A stretch of DNA of 64,000 nt from a virus. Below are positions 17,879 through 27,358 of the stretch, piece after piece. The stretch lies in IMG/VR virus record IMGVR_UViG_3300009285_005630; one strand, written 5' to 3'. Below the pieces are notes generated by a model, which did not search any database, had not been told where the DNA came from, and saw only the letters and a list, made by a program, of their open reading frames with translations. The position numbers and the translations under genes were made by a program. Positions within the stretch are counted from its first letter, which is position 1; every line of letters starts with the position of its first letter.

Positions 17879-18205
17879 ATGGGACGTGGGAGGCCGGTCG
17901 GGTTTCGGATGTCGGATGAGCAGAAGAAGAATTTTCGGGAGGCAATGGCTCGGGCACGTGCGAGAAAGTATGCGGGCGAAGCCCCCCCCCCTGACAAAGG
18001 GCAACCCAAGAAACCATTGCTTCCTATCGCACCGGATGCTTTGGTTGCCCCCTCGGAACCTACGGATATACGGCTCATAGAACGCTCGCCAACGTCCAAA
18101 CGAGCCAAACTGCGGAGTTTGGAGGCTCAGTCGGCTACTCTGCTGGCCACTGTCGTTGGCCTGCACAAGCAGATTAAGCAACTTGTGGCGGAGGAGGACC
18201 GATGA
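17879..18205 (+). CDS. Small basic hypothetical protein
   Basis: SD GAGGAG; basic N-terminus, coiled-coil C-terminus; contains a C10 run at 17982-17991. Confidence 0.5.
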   Translation: MGRGRPVGFRMSDEQKKNFREAMARARARKYAGEAPPPDKGQPKKPLLPIAPDALVAPSEPTDIRLIERSPTSKRAKLRSLEAQSATLLATVVGLHKQIKQLVAEEDR

Positions 18206-18219
18206 CGTAATTTTGCCTC

Positions 18220-18247
18220 TTGACAAAGTGAAATAGTGTGGTATAGT
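18220..18247 (+). promoter_or_regulatory. Sigma70-type promoter
   Basis: TTGACA-16-TATAGT with TG extension. Confidence 0.75.
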
Positions 18248-18274
18248 CCAGACCTAACAAGGAGAGTAGAGACC

Positions 18275-18733
18275 ATGAAAATCAAACCTGAACCAATCAA
18301 TGAACTGGAAATTCCGGCTGACGCGCAGGAAATCCTTGCGCAAGTCAACGCGGAGTTGGCCATTGACACGACCAACCTCAGCTTGGAGTACTCCACGTAC
18401 AGCGCCATGTATTGCGGATGGTCGTTGAAACTGGCCGAGACCAGACGCCTGCATGAACTGGACACAATGGAATGCGAGGAGTTGGAGGCCCGGTTGGCGG
18501 GTCCGATCCGGGAGGGGATGGGAACGAAATGCACGGAGACGCAGGTCAAGCAGCAGATGCGCTTGGACCCGAAGTACAACGAGAAGCTCCGTTCCGTGGC
18601 GCATCTGGCCTACCTCGTCAACGTCCTGACGGCCTGTGTTCGCGCCTATGAACGAAAATCCGAGATGCTGATCTCCCTGGGCGCGACGCAGCGCCACGAG
18701 CAACAGTATCTCGATCCCGTAATCAAACGATAG
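18275..18733 (+). CDS. UvsY-like recombination mediator
   Basis: Helical 152-aa protein ending YERKSEMLISLGATQRHE; directly before the SSB gene. Confidence 0.6.
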   Translation: MKIKPEPINELEIPADAQEILAQVNAELAIDTTNLSLEYSTYSAMYCGWSLKLAETRRLHELDTMECEELEARLAGPIREGMGTKCTETQVKQQMRLDPKYNEKLRSVAHLAYLVNVLTACVRAYERKSEMLISLGATQRHEQQYLDPVIKR

Positions 18734-18742
18734 GAGGTCACC

Positions 18743-19675
18743 ATGAATCGTGAAAAGTTGATGGCTCTAAAACTGCGCCTGGATTCCTCGCAAAAACGTG
18801 GCGGGTTGTATTTCAGGCCCAAACCGGGGGCGACGCACACCATCCGCATTCTCCAGCGTCCGAACGTGGAGGAGTTCTACCTCCCGTTCTACCAACACTC
18901 CAACATCGGAACGGAGAAGGTTCCGATTCTCTGCCGACGGACCATCCACGCCACCGACTGTCCCATTGACGAAGTGGCGCAGGAGTTGATGCGCTCGACG
19001 GACGAGAAGGAGAAACGCCTGGGCAAAGGCATGCTGGCCCAGGAGCGGTATGCCTTCGTGGTTCTCGTGGACGGGGATCCCAAGCCCCTGTGCTGGGACT
19101 TGGCTCCCAAGTTCTTCCGCAAGATCGTGGGATTCGTTTGCGACCCCGCGTGGGGGGATATCCTGGATCCCTATGAGGGCCGGGACTGGACGATGGAACG
19201 CGGACCGGGACAGGGCATCGACACGGAATACGATTTCCGTCCCAGCCCTGAGAAAACCTCCATTGGAGCCACACAGGAGGAAATCGAGGCTATCTTGGCC
19301 GATCTCCCGGACCTAACGCGCGCGTACTGTCCGAAGGAACCGGATGAGATCATGGCGATTCTCGACGGCGGAGCGGATAGCTTCTCCCCTGCGGACATGG
19401 GAGCGGCCCCTCCGCCCCTTCCTCCCCCGGCTCCTTCCACGCCTCCCCCTCCTCCGCGCGTGGTGCGGCCTCCCGCTTCCCCCGCGCCTCCGGCACCGGT
19501 TGCTCCCGTGGCTCCTCCTGTGGAGGCCCCCAAGCCCCCTCTTCCTCCGGTTGCTTCGCCAACTGCGTCCGGGCCTGCCGCACCTCCGGCGGTTCCGCAA
19601 GTTCCCACGGAAAAGTTGAGCGAAGCAAAGCGCAAGTTTCAGGAGAAAATGGCGGCGCTGAAAAAAGGCAAATGA
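18743..19675 (+). CDS. gp32-like single-stranded DNA-binding protein with Pro/Ala-rich linker
   Basis: FRPKPG..TIRIL...H...C...CPI...DP.EGRDW core. Confidence 0.75.
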   Translation: MNREKLMALKLRLDSSQKRGGLYFRPKPGATHTIRILQRPNVEEFYLPFYQHSNIGTEKVPILCRRTIHATDCPIDEVAQELMRSTDEKEKRLGKGMLAQERYAFVVLVDGDPKPLCWDLAPKFFRKIVGFVCDPAWGDILDPYEGRDWTMERGPGQGIDTEYDFRPSPEKTSIGATQEEIEAILADLPDLTRAYCPKEPDEIMAILDGGADSFSPADMGAAPPPLPPPAPSTPPPPPRVVRPPASPAPPAPVAPVAPPVEAPKPPLPPVASPTASGPAAPPAVPQVPTEKLSEAKRKFQEKMAALKKGK

Positions 19676-20848
19676 GTGACCTATCGGTTTGGCGTCATCA
19701 CGGATATTCACCTGGGGCCGTCCCGTCAATTCGGGGCGGTCCCGGTTCCCTTTCCTATCCTTGGCATGCCGCCCAGGATGGCGTTGATTGCGCGCGCGTT
19801 GGATTATGTGGTTGGCCAGTGTGCGGCACGGGGAGCACAGGATATCATTCTGGCTGGAGATATCTTGGCGGATCACGAGAAAACATCGGGGCATGTCCTG
19901 GTGCTCATTCGTAAAATTCTTTGGGACCTTGTACATTCTCATAGCGTGAACCTGTTCCTGATGGATGGGAACCACGACCTTATCACGGGCCGCCGGGATA
20001 ACACCCTGAGTGGGGTGGGCTTGGTCGCTCCCCGAAATTCCGTTGTTCTGGAGCGGTCCCTTTGGCCGGATGCCTACTCCACGGAAGCTCCGCTGATTGG
20101 ATTTGACCCTTGGCGTGTTGTGTCCTACACGTCCGACACCAAACAGACGGTCTACGTGCCCGCGCTGAAAAGTTGCCGACGCCGATTACTTGTGATGCCG
20201 TGGGTCCCTGATGAGCATTTTCCGCGCATGCTGGCCGAGGCGGGTGTGGACGAGGCGGACGTGGTGATCTGCCATCAACCGTTGGCGGGAGTTCCGTTGG
20301 CCACGGGCGCGACCTTGCCGGAGGGCGTGGACGTGCAGGAGTTGATGAAGGTGGCGCGCGCGGGAACGACATTCATCTCGGGCGATATTCATCACCGCAT
20401 GCTGCTGGACATCCCGGACCGGTGTTCCTGGGTGTATGTTGGCCCTCCCTGTCACCATACCTTCGGTGATGTTGGAGAAATTGGCGGCGTCATCGTGGAC
20501 ATCCCGGACGCGGGCCAGGTGGATGTGACGCCGATCAATAATCCGCTTGGGCCATTTTTCCATCCTGCGCTTGTGTCGCCGGACGAGTTATACGCGCCGG
20601 GGGAGAAAGTGGGATTCTTCCGTTGTCCCAGGACGCCGGAATTTGAATCCCGTGTGCAGGAGTTGGGCATCGAGGCATTTGTCGCGTGGGAGGGGAGCCT
20701 ATTCCTCGCCGACACGCAAACCGTGGGAAAGCCCTCGGACCTGTTGGCTCCTATTGAGCAGGATTTGTCCTCCTACGTTGGCAACGTATGCAAGGAGAAA
20801 GACGCCGCTCTCGTGTTGAACACGGGATTGAAACTGCTGGAGGTATAG
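19676..20848 (+). CDS. SbcD/Mre11/gp47-like metallophosphoesterase nuclease
   Basis: DIHLG, GDI, GNHD and GDIH motifs; adjacent to an SbcC-like gene. Confidence 0.85.
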   Translation: MTYRFGVITDIHLGPSRQFGAVPVPFPILGMPPRMALIARALDYVVGQCAARGAQDIILAGDILADHEKTSGHVLVLIRKILWDLVHSHSVNLFLMDGNHDLITGRRDNTLSGVGLVAPRNSVVLERSLWPDAYSTEAPLIGFDPWRVVSYTSDTKQTVYVPALKSCRRRLLVMPWVPDEHFPRMLAEAGVDEADVVICHQPLAGVPLATGATLPEGVDVQELMKVARAGTTFISGDIHHRMLLDIPDRCSWVYVGPPCHHTFGDVGEIGGVIVDIPDAGQVDVTPINNPLGPFFHPALVSPDELYAPGEKVGFFRCPRTPEFESRVQELGIEAFVAWEGSLFLADTQTVGKPSDLLAPIEQDLSSYVGNVCKEKDAALVLNTGLKLLEV

Positions 20849-20850
20849 CG

Positions 20851-21081
20851 TTGACCACATTCGCCCGTAACACGTTGGTCCCCATTCACCGCAGCCGAGC
20901 GGATGTGGATTGCCTTCTGCGCGAATGGGGAGCATCAGGCGTCCAGTGGTCCGACGACCGCTATGTCTCCGATTGTTGCCAATCCCGCGTATACCACGCG
21001 ACGGTAGAGATGTTTGATGGGCCAACCATAGTGTACGTTTGCGATTACTGTGAGTGCGCCTGTGGCGTCGTGAAGAAATAG
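20851..21081 (+). CDS. Small, apparently chimeric protein
   Basis: RSRADVDCLLREWGASGVQWSDD followed abruptly by a Cys-rich tail. Confidence 0.45.
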   Translation: MTTFARNTLVPIHRSRADVDCLLREWGASGVQWSDDRYVSDCCQSRVYHATVEMFDGPTIVYVCDYCECACGVVKK

Positions 21082-21082
21082 C

Positions 21083-23080
21083 ATGCTGACCCTCACGCGG
21101 CTTGTTCTGAAAAACTTCGGGCCGTTTGGGTCCGTGGACCAGTCTTTTCCTCCGACGGGAGCCGTCAAAGTATCTGGCAAGAACGAATTTGACCCCGGTC
21201 AGGATGACAACGGCAGTGGAAAGAGCACAATGCTCGGCGAGGGTCTGTCCTTCATCGTTTATGATGAAAACTTACGGGGAACCCGCGCCAATGACTTGAT
21301 CCGAGACGACCAGGACGAGGCGTACGGACGCGCCGAATTCCATGACGATAGCGACCCGCGTCCGTTGGTCTTTGAGCGCACGAAGAAACGTGGCAAGTCC
21401 TCGGTCCTGGTCACCTCGCGTCCCGTGAGCCTGCTGTCGTTTTCCCTCTTCTCCATCTGCAACGTCTTCGATGATACTGCCGTGTCCTTTGTGACGGCGC
21501 AACCGGCGGAGCGGCAAAAGCATTTGGAAAAGATCATTGGCGCGGAGCGCGTGGAGAAGGCTTTGAATGCGGCCACGGGGGAAATCGAGCGCGCTGAGAA
21601 GAGGATATCCGATCTGGAGAGGGATAGCGAGAAGAATCAGACGAAGGTTGACACGCTGATCCAGGTCGGCGAGAGTTTGGCGGAGAAATTCGATCCGCAG
21701 AGCGTGGCGGCGGCCCAAGTGACCGCGCAGGCGGCATTGGACTCCCTCCAGGCCAGCTATCGTGTCTCCGTGGATGTCGTGGCCGCACTGGAAGCGGAGC
21801 AGACGGAATCCCTGGCCGTATTACAAGGCGTGGACGCACAGATCGCCGACACGGAGGCACGGTTCACTAAGGAAATCCAGGACACAGCGTCTCCGGCAAT
21901 GCTGGCGGACGTGGACCGGCGGATCAAGGGTCTTCCGACGAAGTACGCGGACCGGATTCGGAAAGCCACCAGCGATAAGGAGGCATTGATCCGGGACCAG
22001 GGCGGCATTCAAGGCTCAATTACCGCCGTGGGCGCGCGCATCACCCGGTATGAAGCGCTGGGGCCGACGTGTCCGACGTGCGAACAGGCCGTGGATGCCA
22101 CACACAAGGAGAACCATCTCGCCCTACTCCAGCAGGAGAAAGATGCTTTTGAGGAGAAACTGGAATCCATTGTTGCGCTTGTACGCGCCGCGAGTTCTAA
22201 CGTGGAGGCGTTGGCGACGCAGCAGATTCAGGACGGGCAGGCCTTGGCTACGGAACGGGCGACGATTGAGGCCAGGCGGGACGCCATTCTTCAACGCAAG
22301 GCCTCTGCGTTGGGTATCCTCGCGGAGACGCGCAAGCGCCTGTCCGATGAGCGATCAACCCGAGAGTCCTCCATCCGCACGGAGACTTCCTCGAAGATAT
22401 CCTTGGAGCGTGAAATTCAGCGTGGAACGACAACCTTGGCAGAGCTGAAAAAATCCGTCGCGGACTATGAACAATCCCTTAAGGAAAACTTGGAACAAGT
22501 TGAGGCATTGGACGCGGAGCGCGCGCGCTTGCGCGAAGCCTTGGTGGCGCAACGGGAAGCCATCAAACCGTATTTGTTCTGGAAAAAACACTTTGGTGCC
22601 GGTGGGTTCAGGGCGTGGCGGCTGGGACGGGTGCTCGACGTGCTCAATGAGACATTGGCCGAGTTGACGCAGACGTTCCCCAGCTTCCGTGTGTCCTTTG
22701 TTTTGGAGCGCACGGGCAGCAGTACGGGGAAGATTGAAATCAAATGCCTACGCACGGCTAATAACCGGGAGTACTTCTACGAGCAATTGTCCTCAGGGGA
22801 GCGCCGCCGGGTTGTATTGATTGTGCTTTTCGGCCTGTGGAAATTGGGCCAATCCTTTCCCAATGGGTTCCGCTTCCTCATCAGTGACGAAGTGTTCGAC
22901 AAAATTGACGGCAGCGGCCGGGACAGCGTGGCGGACGCCGTGGGCTCCATGCGGACGCAGGGTCAGGTCTTTGTGGTGACCCATGTTCCCGAAGATACCA
23001 TTCAGTACGACCAACACATCGAGTGTGTCAAAGACCCCACGGGCATATCTTCAACCCACTCCATTCCCGTGGCCAGTTAA
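21083..23080 (+). CDS. SbcC/Rad50/gp46-like ATPase
   Basis: NGSGKS Walker A, coiled coil, CPTC zinc hook, LSSGE signature, SDEVFD, VTH. Confidence 0.92.
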   Translation: MLTLTRLVLKNFGPFGSVDQSFPPTGAVKVSGKNEFDPGQDDNGSGKSTMLGEGLSFIVYDENLRGTRANDLIRDDQDEAYGRAEFHDDSDPRPLVFERTKKRGKSSVLVTSRPVSLLSFSLFSICNVFDDTAVSFVTAQPAERQKHLEKIIGAERVEKALNAATGEIERAEKRISDLERDSEKNQTKVDTLIQVGESLAEKFDPQSVAAAQVTAQAALDSLQASYRVSVDVVAALEAEQTESLAVLQGVDAQIADTEARFTKEIQDTASPAMLADVDRRIKGLPTKYADRIRKATSDKEALIRDQGGIQGSITAVGARITRYEALGPTCPTCEQAVDATHKENHLALLQQEKDAFEEKLESIVALVRAASSNVEALATQQIQDGQALATERATIEARRDAILQRKASALGILAETRKRLSDERSTRESSIRTETSSKISLEREIQRGTTTLAELKKSVADYEQSLKENLEQVEALDAERARLREALVAQREAIKPYLFWKKHFGAGGFRAWRLGRVLDVLNETLAELTQTFPSFRVSFVLERTGSSTGKIEIKCLRTANNREYFYEQLSSGERRRVVLIVLFGLWKLGQSFPNGFRFLISDEVFDKIDGSGRDSVADAVGSMRTQGQVFVVTHVPEDTIQYDQHIECVKDPTGISSTHSIPVAS

Positions 23081-23090
23081 GGAGAGTTCA

Positions 23091-23399
23091 ATGGTTGATT
23101 TGACTACGTTGCCTTCCGTACCAGCATCTGTGGATCCCGCGTCTACGCCGCCGGACGGGAGTGAGGAGCAGAAGTTATACCGTCAGATGGGGCGCATACT
23201 GACCGATCTTGTGGCGGCCGATTCCTTGGCGGAGAAGATTGATGATGCCGTGCGCGCTGGACTGCTGGACGCGCGGCATCCCATTGCTATCGCACGGAAG
23301 GAGTACGGCCGCACGTTTACCTACTTCTGGAGAGAGTTTGTCACCAAGATGGAGCGGGCGGCGGATCAAGCGCAAGGGGCGCGGGGCGGCCATGAGTAG
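23091..23399 (+). CDS. Hypothetical protein
   Basis: SD AAGGAGAG before the ATG at 23091. Confidence 0.55.
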   Translation: MVDLTTLPSVPASVDPASTPPDGSEEQKLYRQMGRILTDLVAADSLAEKIDDAVRAGLLDARHPIAIARKEYGRTFTYFWREFVTKMERAADQAQGARGGHE

Positions 23400-23784
23400 C
23401 GACGTTGGGCGCATGCACCCCGTTGGAGGCGGCTTTGAAATAGACCCTGAGCCTGAGGGCTTGCTCTTAGGACCGTATGCGGCAATGGGGGAGGAGATAG
23501 GGAAGCTCGTGGAGAGTAAGAATATCGCGTATGGCGATGCATTTGGTCAGTCAGGGAAGATTTTAGAAGTCCTATTCCCGGACGGTGTGCCCGTGGAGAA
23601 GTACGATGACCTCCTGTTCCTAGTACGGACAATAGACAAGTTATTCCGGATCGCCTCACGTCGTATGGATGCGTTTGGAGAAAATCCGTTTAGCGATATT
23701 GCTGGGTATGCTATACTGGGTGCGGTGCGTTTCGAGAACGACCGCAAGAAAAAGGAAGATCATGCCGCGCAAAAAAGACCATAG
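23392..23784 (+). CDS. DUF1599/Nmad1-like nucleotide-modification-associated protein
   Basis: KNIAYGDAF...DKLFRI...FSDIAGYAILG pattern. Confidence 0.65.
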   Translation: MSSDVGRMHPVGGGFEIDPEPEGLLLGPYAAMGEEIGKLVESKNIAYGDAFGQSGKILEVLFPDGVPVEKYDDLLFLVRTIDKLFRIASRRMDAFGENPFSDIAGYAILGAVRFENDRKKKEDHAAQKRP

Positions 23785-24481
23785 CAGAAGTGCATCCGGG
23801 CGTCGGGCAAAGCAGCACGGCAACGCATTTGAACGGATTGTGTATCATCTGATCCGGGATGCTTGGAAGTTGGACGAGAAGGAGTGTTTCCGTACGCCGC
23901 TGTCCGGAGGGCATCGGTCTTTGAATGCGTCGGATATCCTGTTTGGCGACGGCGTGTTCGATACCGGGGACCGTCCGCTGTTCATCGAGTGCAAGTACAG
24001 AACCGTCCGGCAATGGTCGTTCGATTACCTCTTCAAGGGTCCGTTCCAGGAGACTGCGGATTCCTGGTTCCCTATTAAAGTTCTGGAAGAGACGCGCACG
24101 AAGTGCCCTGAGGGCCATGCTCCGCTGGCTGTTATGGGCCGTCCCTTGTTCCCCGTGTTCGCCGTGTTCAAGTTCGATGATTACAAGGATGAAGCCCTTC
24201 TCTTTGACCAGGTATTCAGTTTGGGATACTACGGAATGTGCCCGTTGCCTATCTTTCTCAAGGCCTACGCGCACACACAACACGGCCTCAGCACCCGGTT
24301 GGGTGTGCAATGGGTGGACGTGAAGGGCATTGCTAAGTTCAACGTCGAACGGGAGCGGGAACGGTTGAAGGCGCTGGCAAAGGACATGGGCGTCCAGGTC
24401 ATTACGACACGGGAGGAATTGGAAGCGGCGGAACAAGCCTCACCAGCACCGCTTCCCTTTCCGCCACGAAAGGAAAATTAA
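23762..24481 (+). CDS. Hjc-like PD-(D/E)XK Holliday junction resolvase
   Basis: HGNAFER, RTPLSGG, SDI and FIECK motifs. Confidence 0.75.
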   Translation: MPRKKDHSRSASGRRAKQHGNAFERIVYHLIRDAWKLDEKECFRTPLSGGHRSLNASDILFGDGVFDTGDRPLFIECKYRTVRQWSFDYLFKGPFQETADSWFPIKVLEETRTKCPEGHAPLAVMGRPLFPVFAVFKFDDYKDEALLFDQVFSLGYYGMCPLPIFLKAYAHTQHGLSTRLGVQWVDVKGIAKFNVERERERLKALAKDMGVQVITTREELEAAEQASPAPLPFPPRKEN

Positions 24482-24482
24482 C

Positions 24483-25034
24483 GTGCAGGGAAACGGGCGG
24501 GTCTTGGTCCTGGTGGATTGCCAGCAGTTGTTCTATTCCGCGCGGGAATTGAGCGGAGAATGGGCGCGGCTGGATTATCAGAAGCTCGACAAGCGTGTGG
24601 CGGAATTAGTTCACGGTCGGGACGTGGTGAAGGTGGCGTTTGTCGCCGTGTCCGATCAGTTTGACAGTTCCCGGTTTGTCACCATGCTCAAAGCGTTGGG
24701 CTATCGGGTCAAGAAGAAATACGTGAACCTGGCCGCAGCCGCTGGAGGCGATGGTATCCGGTGGTCGGAGTGGATGACGGGCGAAATCACCTCCCTGTTG
24801 ACGGATCCCTATGCGGCCTTTGTCATCGCATCCGGCTCCGGTGGGTTCCTTCGTCTCGTGGAGTCCCTGGTCGGCGGGGATAATGAGGTGACCATGCTTT
24901 CCTTCAAGAACCGGCTGAACGCGAGTTTCCGCGCCTTGACCCCGGTCGTGGAATTGGGCGTGGAGGACCTACTGGAGGAGCGCCGCCGGGAGAAAGACGC
25001 ATGCGGGACAGCGCCGACGAACTCAACCAGCTAA
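24483..25034 (+). CDS. Degenerate NYN/LabA (PIN-fold) domain protein
   Basis: VLVDCQQLFY...ASGSGGF spacing of NYN domains, with several catalytic Asp positions replaced. Confidence 0.65.
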   Translation: MQGNGRVLVLVDCQQLFYSARELSGEWARLDYQKLDKRVAELVHGRDVVKVAFVAVSDQFDSSRFVTMLKALGYRVKKKYVNLAAAAGGDGIRWSEWMTGEITSLLTDPYAAFVIASGSGGFLRLVESLVGGDNEVTMLSFKNRLNASFRALTPVVELGVEDLLEERRREKDACGTAPTNSTS

Positions 25035-25636
25035 AAGCGGAGGAGTTGTACTGCACGGCCTTGCAAAGCGTGCCCGTGATCGCCCGGACGCTGGGGCTGA
25101 ACGAGCGGATGGTGTACTTTTGGAAGGATAACCTGGACTGGACGCGCAAACGCGACCGATTCCTTAAAAAAATCAAACGTGGCATGCAGGAGCGCGCGCG
25201 AACCATGCTGGCGCGCACGTTGTCGGACATGGACCGGGATCTCTCTGAACTCCAGAAAATGTCCCTGGCGGCCATCCGGCCCAACAATCCTGAAAACCCC
25301 GAGGACGCCGTGGGCACGGATCGGGAGCGCAAACCCCTCACGTTCCGCAGCGCCGAGGGAGCCGCCAAATTGCTCATGGACGTGTACGGCGAACGTCGGC
25401 AGCTCATTGCCACCGTATTGGAGTACATCGGCGGGGATCTCCCTGCGTTGGACCTTCCCACGTTGGCACTTGGAGGCGAATCCCCAGCCACACCTCCCGC
25501 CCTACCAGGGCAAGTCTCCCCCGTACTGGAGGACCTTGGCGGAAAGGTCATCAAACGGGACAAACGGCGCAAACTCCCCCCTCGCCGGAAGCGCGTGCCC
25601 AAGAAAGCGCAGAAACCACCGGAGCCGGGGGCGTAG
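25001..25636 (+). CDS. HTH protein, terminase small subunit-like
   Basis: AEELY...IARTLGLNERMVYFWKDNLDWTRKR, typical TerS N-terminal HTH. Confidence 0.55.
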   Translation: MRDSADELNQLKAEELYCTALQSVPVIARTLGLNERMVYFWKDNLDWTRKRDRFLKKIKRGMQERARTMLARTLSDMDRDLSELQKMSLAAIRPNNPENPEDAVGTDRERKPLTFRSAEGAAKLLMDVYGERRQLIATVLEYIGGDLPALDLPTLALGGESPATPPALPGQVSPVLEDLGGKVIKRDKRRKLPPRRKRVPKKAQKPPEPGA

Positions 25637-25783
25637 ATGGGCACGCAAACCCGGTCTGGCAGGTCATGGCTCGCGTCAGGATCGTCCCGGATCAATTTTC
25701 CGTGTCCTCCTCCCGGTCATCCTGCCCAATTCAATCCTGGACTGCTTGGTGTGCTGAAACGTGGGGAAACATGCTTACCTCAC

Positions 25784-25812
25784 TTGACAAACTGTATAAG
25801 ATGCGGTATAAT
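25784..25812 (+). promoter_or_regulatory. Sigma70-type promoter
   Basis: TTGACA-17-TATAAT. Confidence 0.8.
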
Positions 25813-25835
25813 GCAGATGAAATGAAGGAGAGAAC

Positions 25836-26078
25836 ATGAAAATCACGAAAATCAGCAAGCATTTTTCTTTGACCATCCAGGCGCGGCCGTTCCATCCCCT
25901 TACGATGTCCACGATGATGGAGGCGGAGGTGGGAGAGGGGGAGACGGAGGAGGACGTGCGCGCATTGTTGGATGAAAAGGTGCAGGAAGACGTGTTTCTG
26001 GGTATCCCCGAGGCCGTCGAGAAGTTCAACACGGAAATCGATGGCATGACCTCCTCGGGGGCCATCCGGAAGAAGTAA
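25836..26078 (+). CDS. Small acidic hypothetical protein
   Basis: SD AAGGAGAG, first gene after the promoter. Confidence 0.6.
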   Translation: MKITKISKHFSLTIQARPFHPLTMSTMMEAEVGEGETEEDVRALLDEKVQEDVFLGIPEAVEKFNTEIDGMTSSGAIRKK

Positions 26079-26311
26079 TGCCAATCCCTCTATGGCAACT
26101 CTACGTCGGGGTTGCCTGCATCTTCGCCCTTTACTATCTTCCCGAGGGGCCTGCGTACTTACGCCGGAAGCCGGTGCATAGGGCTATTCAAGCCTTTGTT
26201 GTCGCCGTGGTCCCGTTTATCCTTGGATCTGTATGGCCTATCATTTTAGTCATGCGCATTGTTGGTGCTCTGCGCGAGTGCCAGAAGTTCGCACGAGGAG
26301 ATTGTGTATGA
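26078..26311 (+). CDS. Small membrane protein
   Basis: Two hydrophobic segments. Confidence 0.5.
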   Translation: MPIPLWQLYVGVACIFALYYLPEGPAYLRRKPVHRAIQAFVVAVVPFILGSVWPIILVMRIVGALRECQKFARGDCV

Positions 26312-26553
26312 AGCGTTGCGCGTTGTTGTTCCTTGTCCTGACTCTTTTAGGGTGTAGTCTGGCTAACTTTTTCCCCACGGGCTATGTGGAGGTGACGGTC
26401 GTCAAGGATGGCGTGACCGTGTTGCACGGGACTTTCCACGCCCATCAAGTCAAGGCTTCCGCGTCGGAGTTGAAACTCTACTGTACCCTGTTGTCATGCC
26501 GGATGATCTACTCCAAGGCGCAAGGGAACAGTTGGACTATCACGAAATTGTAG
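26308..26553 (+). CDS. Putative lipoprotein
   Basis: MKR plus hydrophobic core and lipobox LLGC. Confidence 0.5.
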   Translation: MKRCALLFLVLTLLGCSLANFFPTGYVEVTVVKDGVTVLHGTFHAHQVKASASELKLYCTLLSCRMIYSKAQGNSWTITKL

Positions 26554-26562
26554 GAGGACGGC

Positions 26563-26862
26563 ATGTACGTGAGGTTCTGGAAGAGGGTCTTGGGCTTGAT
26601 GAAGAACCACAACAAAGATGTGAAGACATCGGATGCTCCTCCGTTGATGTACATTATCCCGCAGGAACACGTGGAACAGGTCTTTGAACTGTGGGATGAG
26701 TCACGCAACGACCCGGGCAGCTCGGCGGCCAGATTCAGGCTGTGGAGTTTTGTGGAAGCCAGTCTGGGAGGCAAGACCAACATACAATCTGGAATGCGCT
26801 GGCAATTACGCGCCCTAAATTGCTTGACCCTTCACGTGATCAATATTCCCAACAAGGAGTGA
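26563..26862 (+). CDS. Hypothetical protein
   Basis: SD AGGAGG. Confidence 0.55.
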   Translation: MYVRFWKRVLGLMKNHNKDVKTSDAPPLMYIIPQEHVEQVFELWDESRNDPGSSAARFRLWSFVEASLGGKTNIQSGMRWQLRALNCLTLHVINIPNKE

Positions 26863-26864
26863 TC

Positions 26865-27119
26865 ATGACATCGCATAGGACGCTCGCCAAAATCTTAGTG
26901 GTCCTCTTCCTCTGCCTGATGGCCTACGGTGTGGGATGGTCGCGCGGCGCGGAGTGGACGCATGAGCAAACCTGCCTACTCCTGGCGGACTTCTTTGAAC
27001 TCTACACAAAGACGGACACACGTGCGCTCGGCCCGGAGGATCGAGCGCTGTTGAAGAACATCGAACGCCGGATGCAGGTCATGGAGCGTATGGCCAAGCG
27101 GCATGCGGTGGCCCCATGA
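26865..27119 (+). CDS. Small membrane-anchored protein
   Basis: SD AAGGAG; N-terminal TM segment. Confidence 0.5.
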   Translation: MTSHRTLAKILVVLFLCLMAYGVGWSRGAEWTHEQTCLLLADFFELYTKTDTRALGPEDRALLKNIERRMQVMERMAKRHAVAP

Positions 27120-27358
27120 CCGACCTGGACAAGACAATCACATATTTCTATTTTCTATATTCAATGTGCCCTTCGGTGGACGAAATGGCGAAACGCTTAC
27201 TCCCCAAAGAAAAGCCCCTACGCAAATGCGCCCTTCGCGGGTGTGAAAACATGACACGGCATAATGGGAGCTATTGCTGTGCGGAACATTGCAAAGCCGC
27301 CAAGTTGCCCGCCGCGCCAGACGCCGCTGGGAGCCGTTGTGACAACACAAGTCGTTGA
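27116..27358 (+). CDS. Small Cys-rich protein
   Basis: C...C...YCC.EHC motif; overlapping start and stop. Confidence 0.45.
   Translation: MTDLDKTITYFYFLYSMCPSVDEMAKRLLPKEKPLRKCALRGCENMTRHNGSYCCAEHCKAAKLPAAPDAAGSRCDNTSR

Noticed and set aside
17982-17991. C10 homopolymer as a phase-variation switch
   Set aside because: The frame is intact (A-P-P-P) and the gene is a small hypothetical; no evidence of length variation without reads.
19405-19600. C-rich low-complexity DNA as a repeat element
   Set aside because: Fully explained by Pro/Ala codons of the SSB linker.
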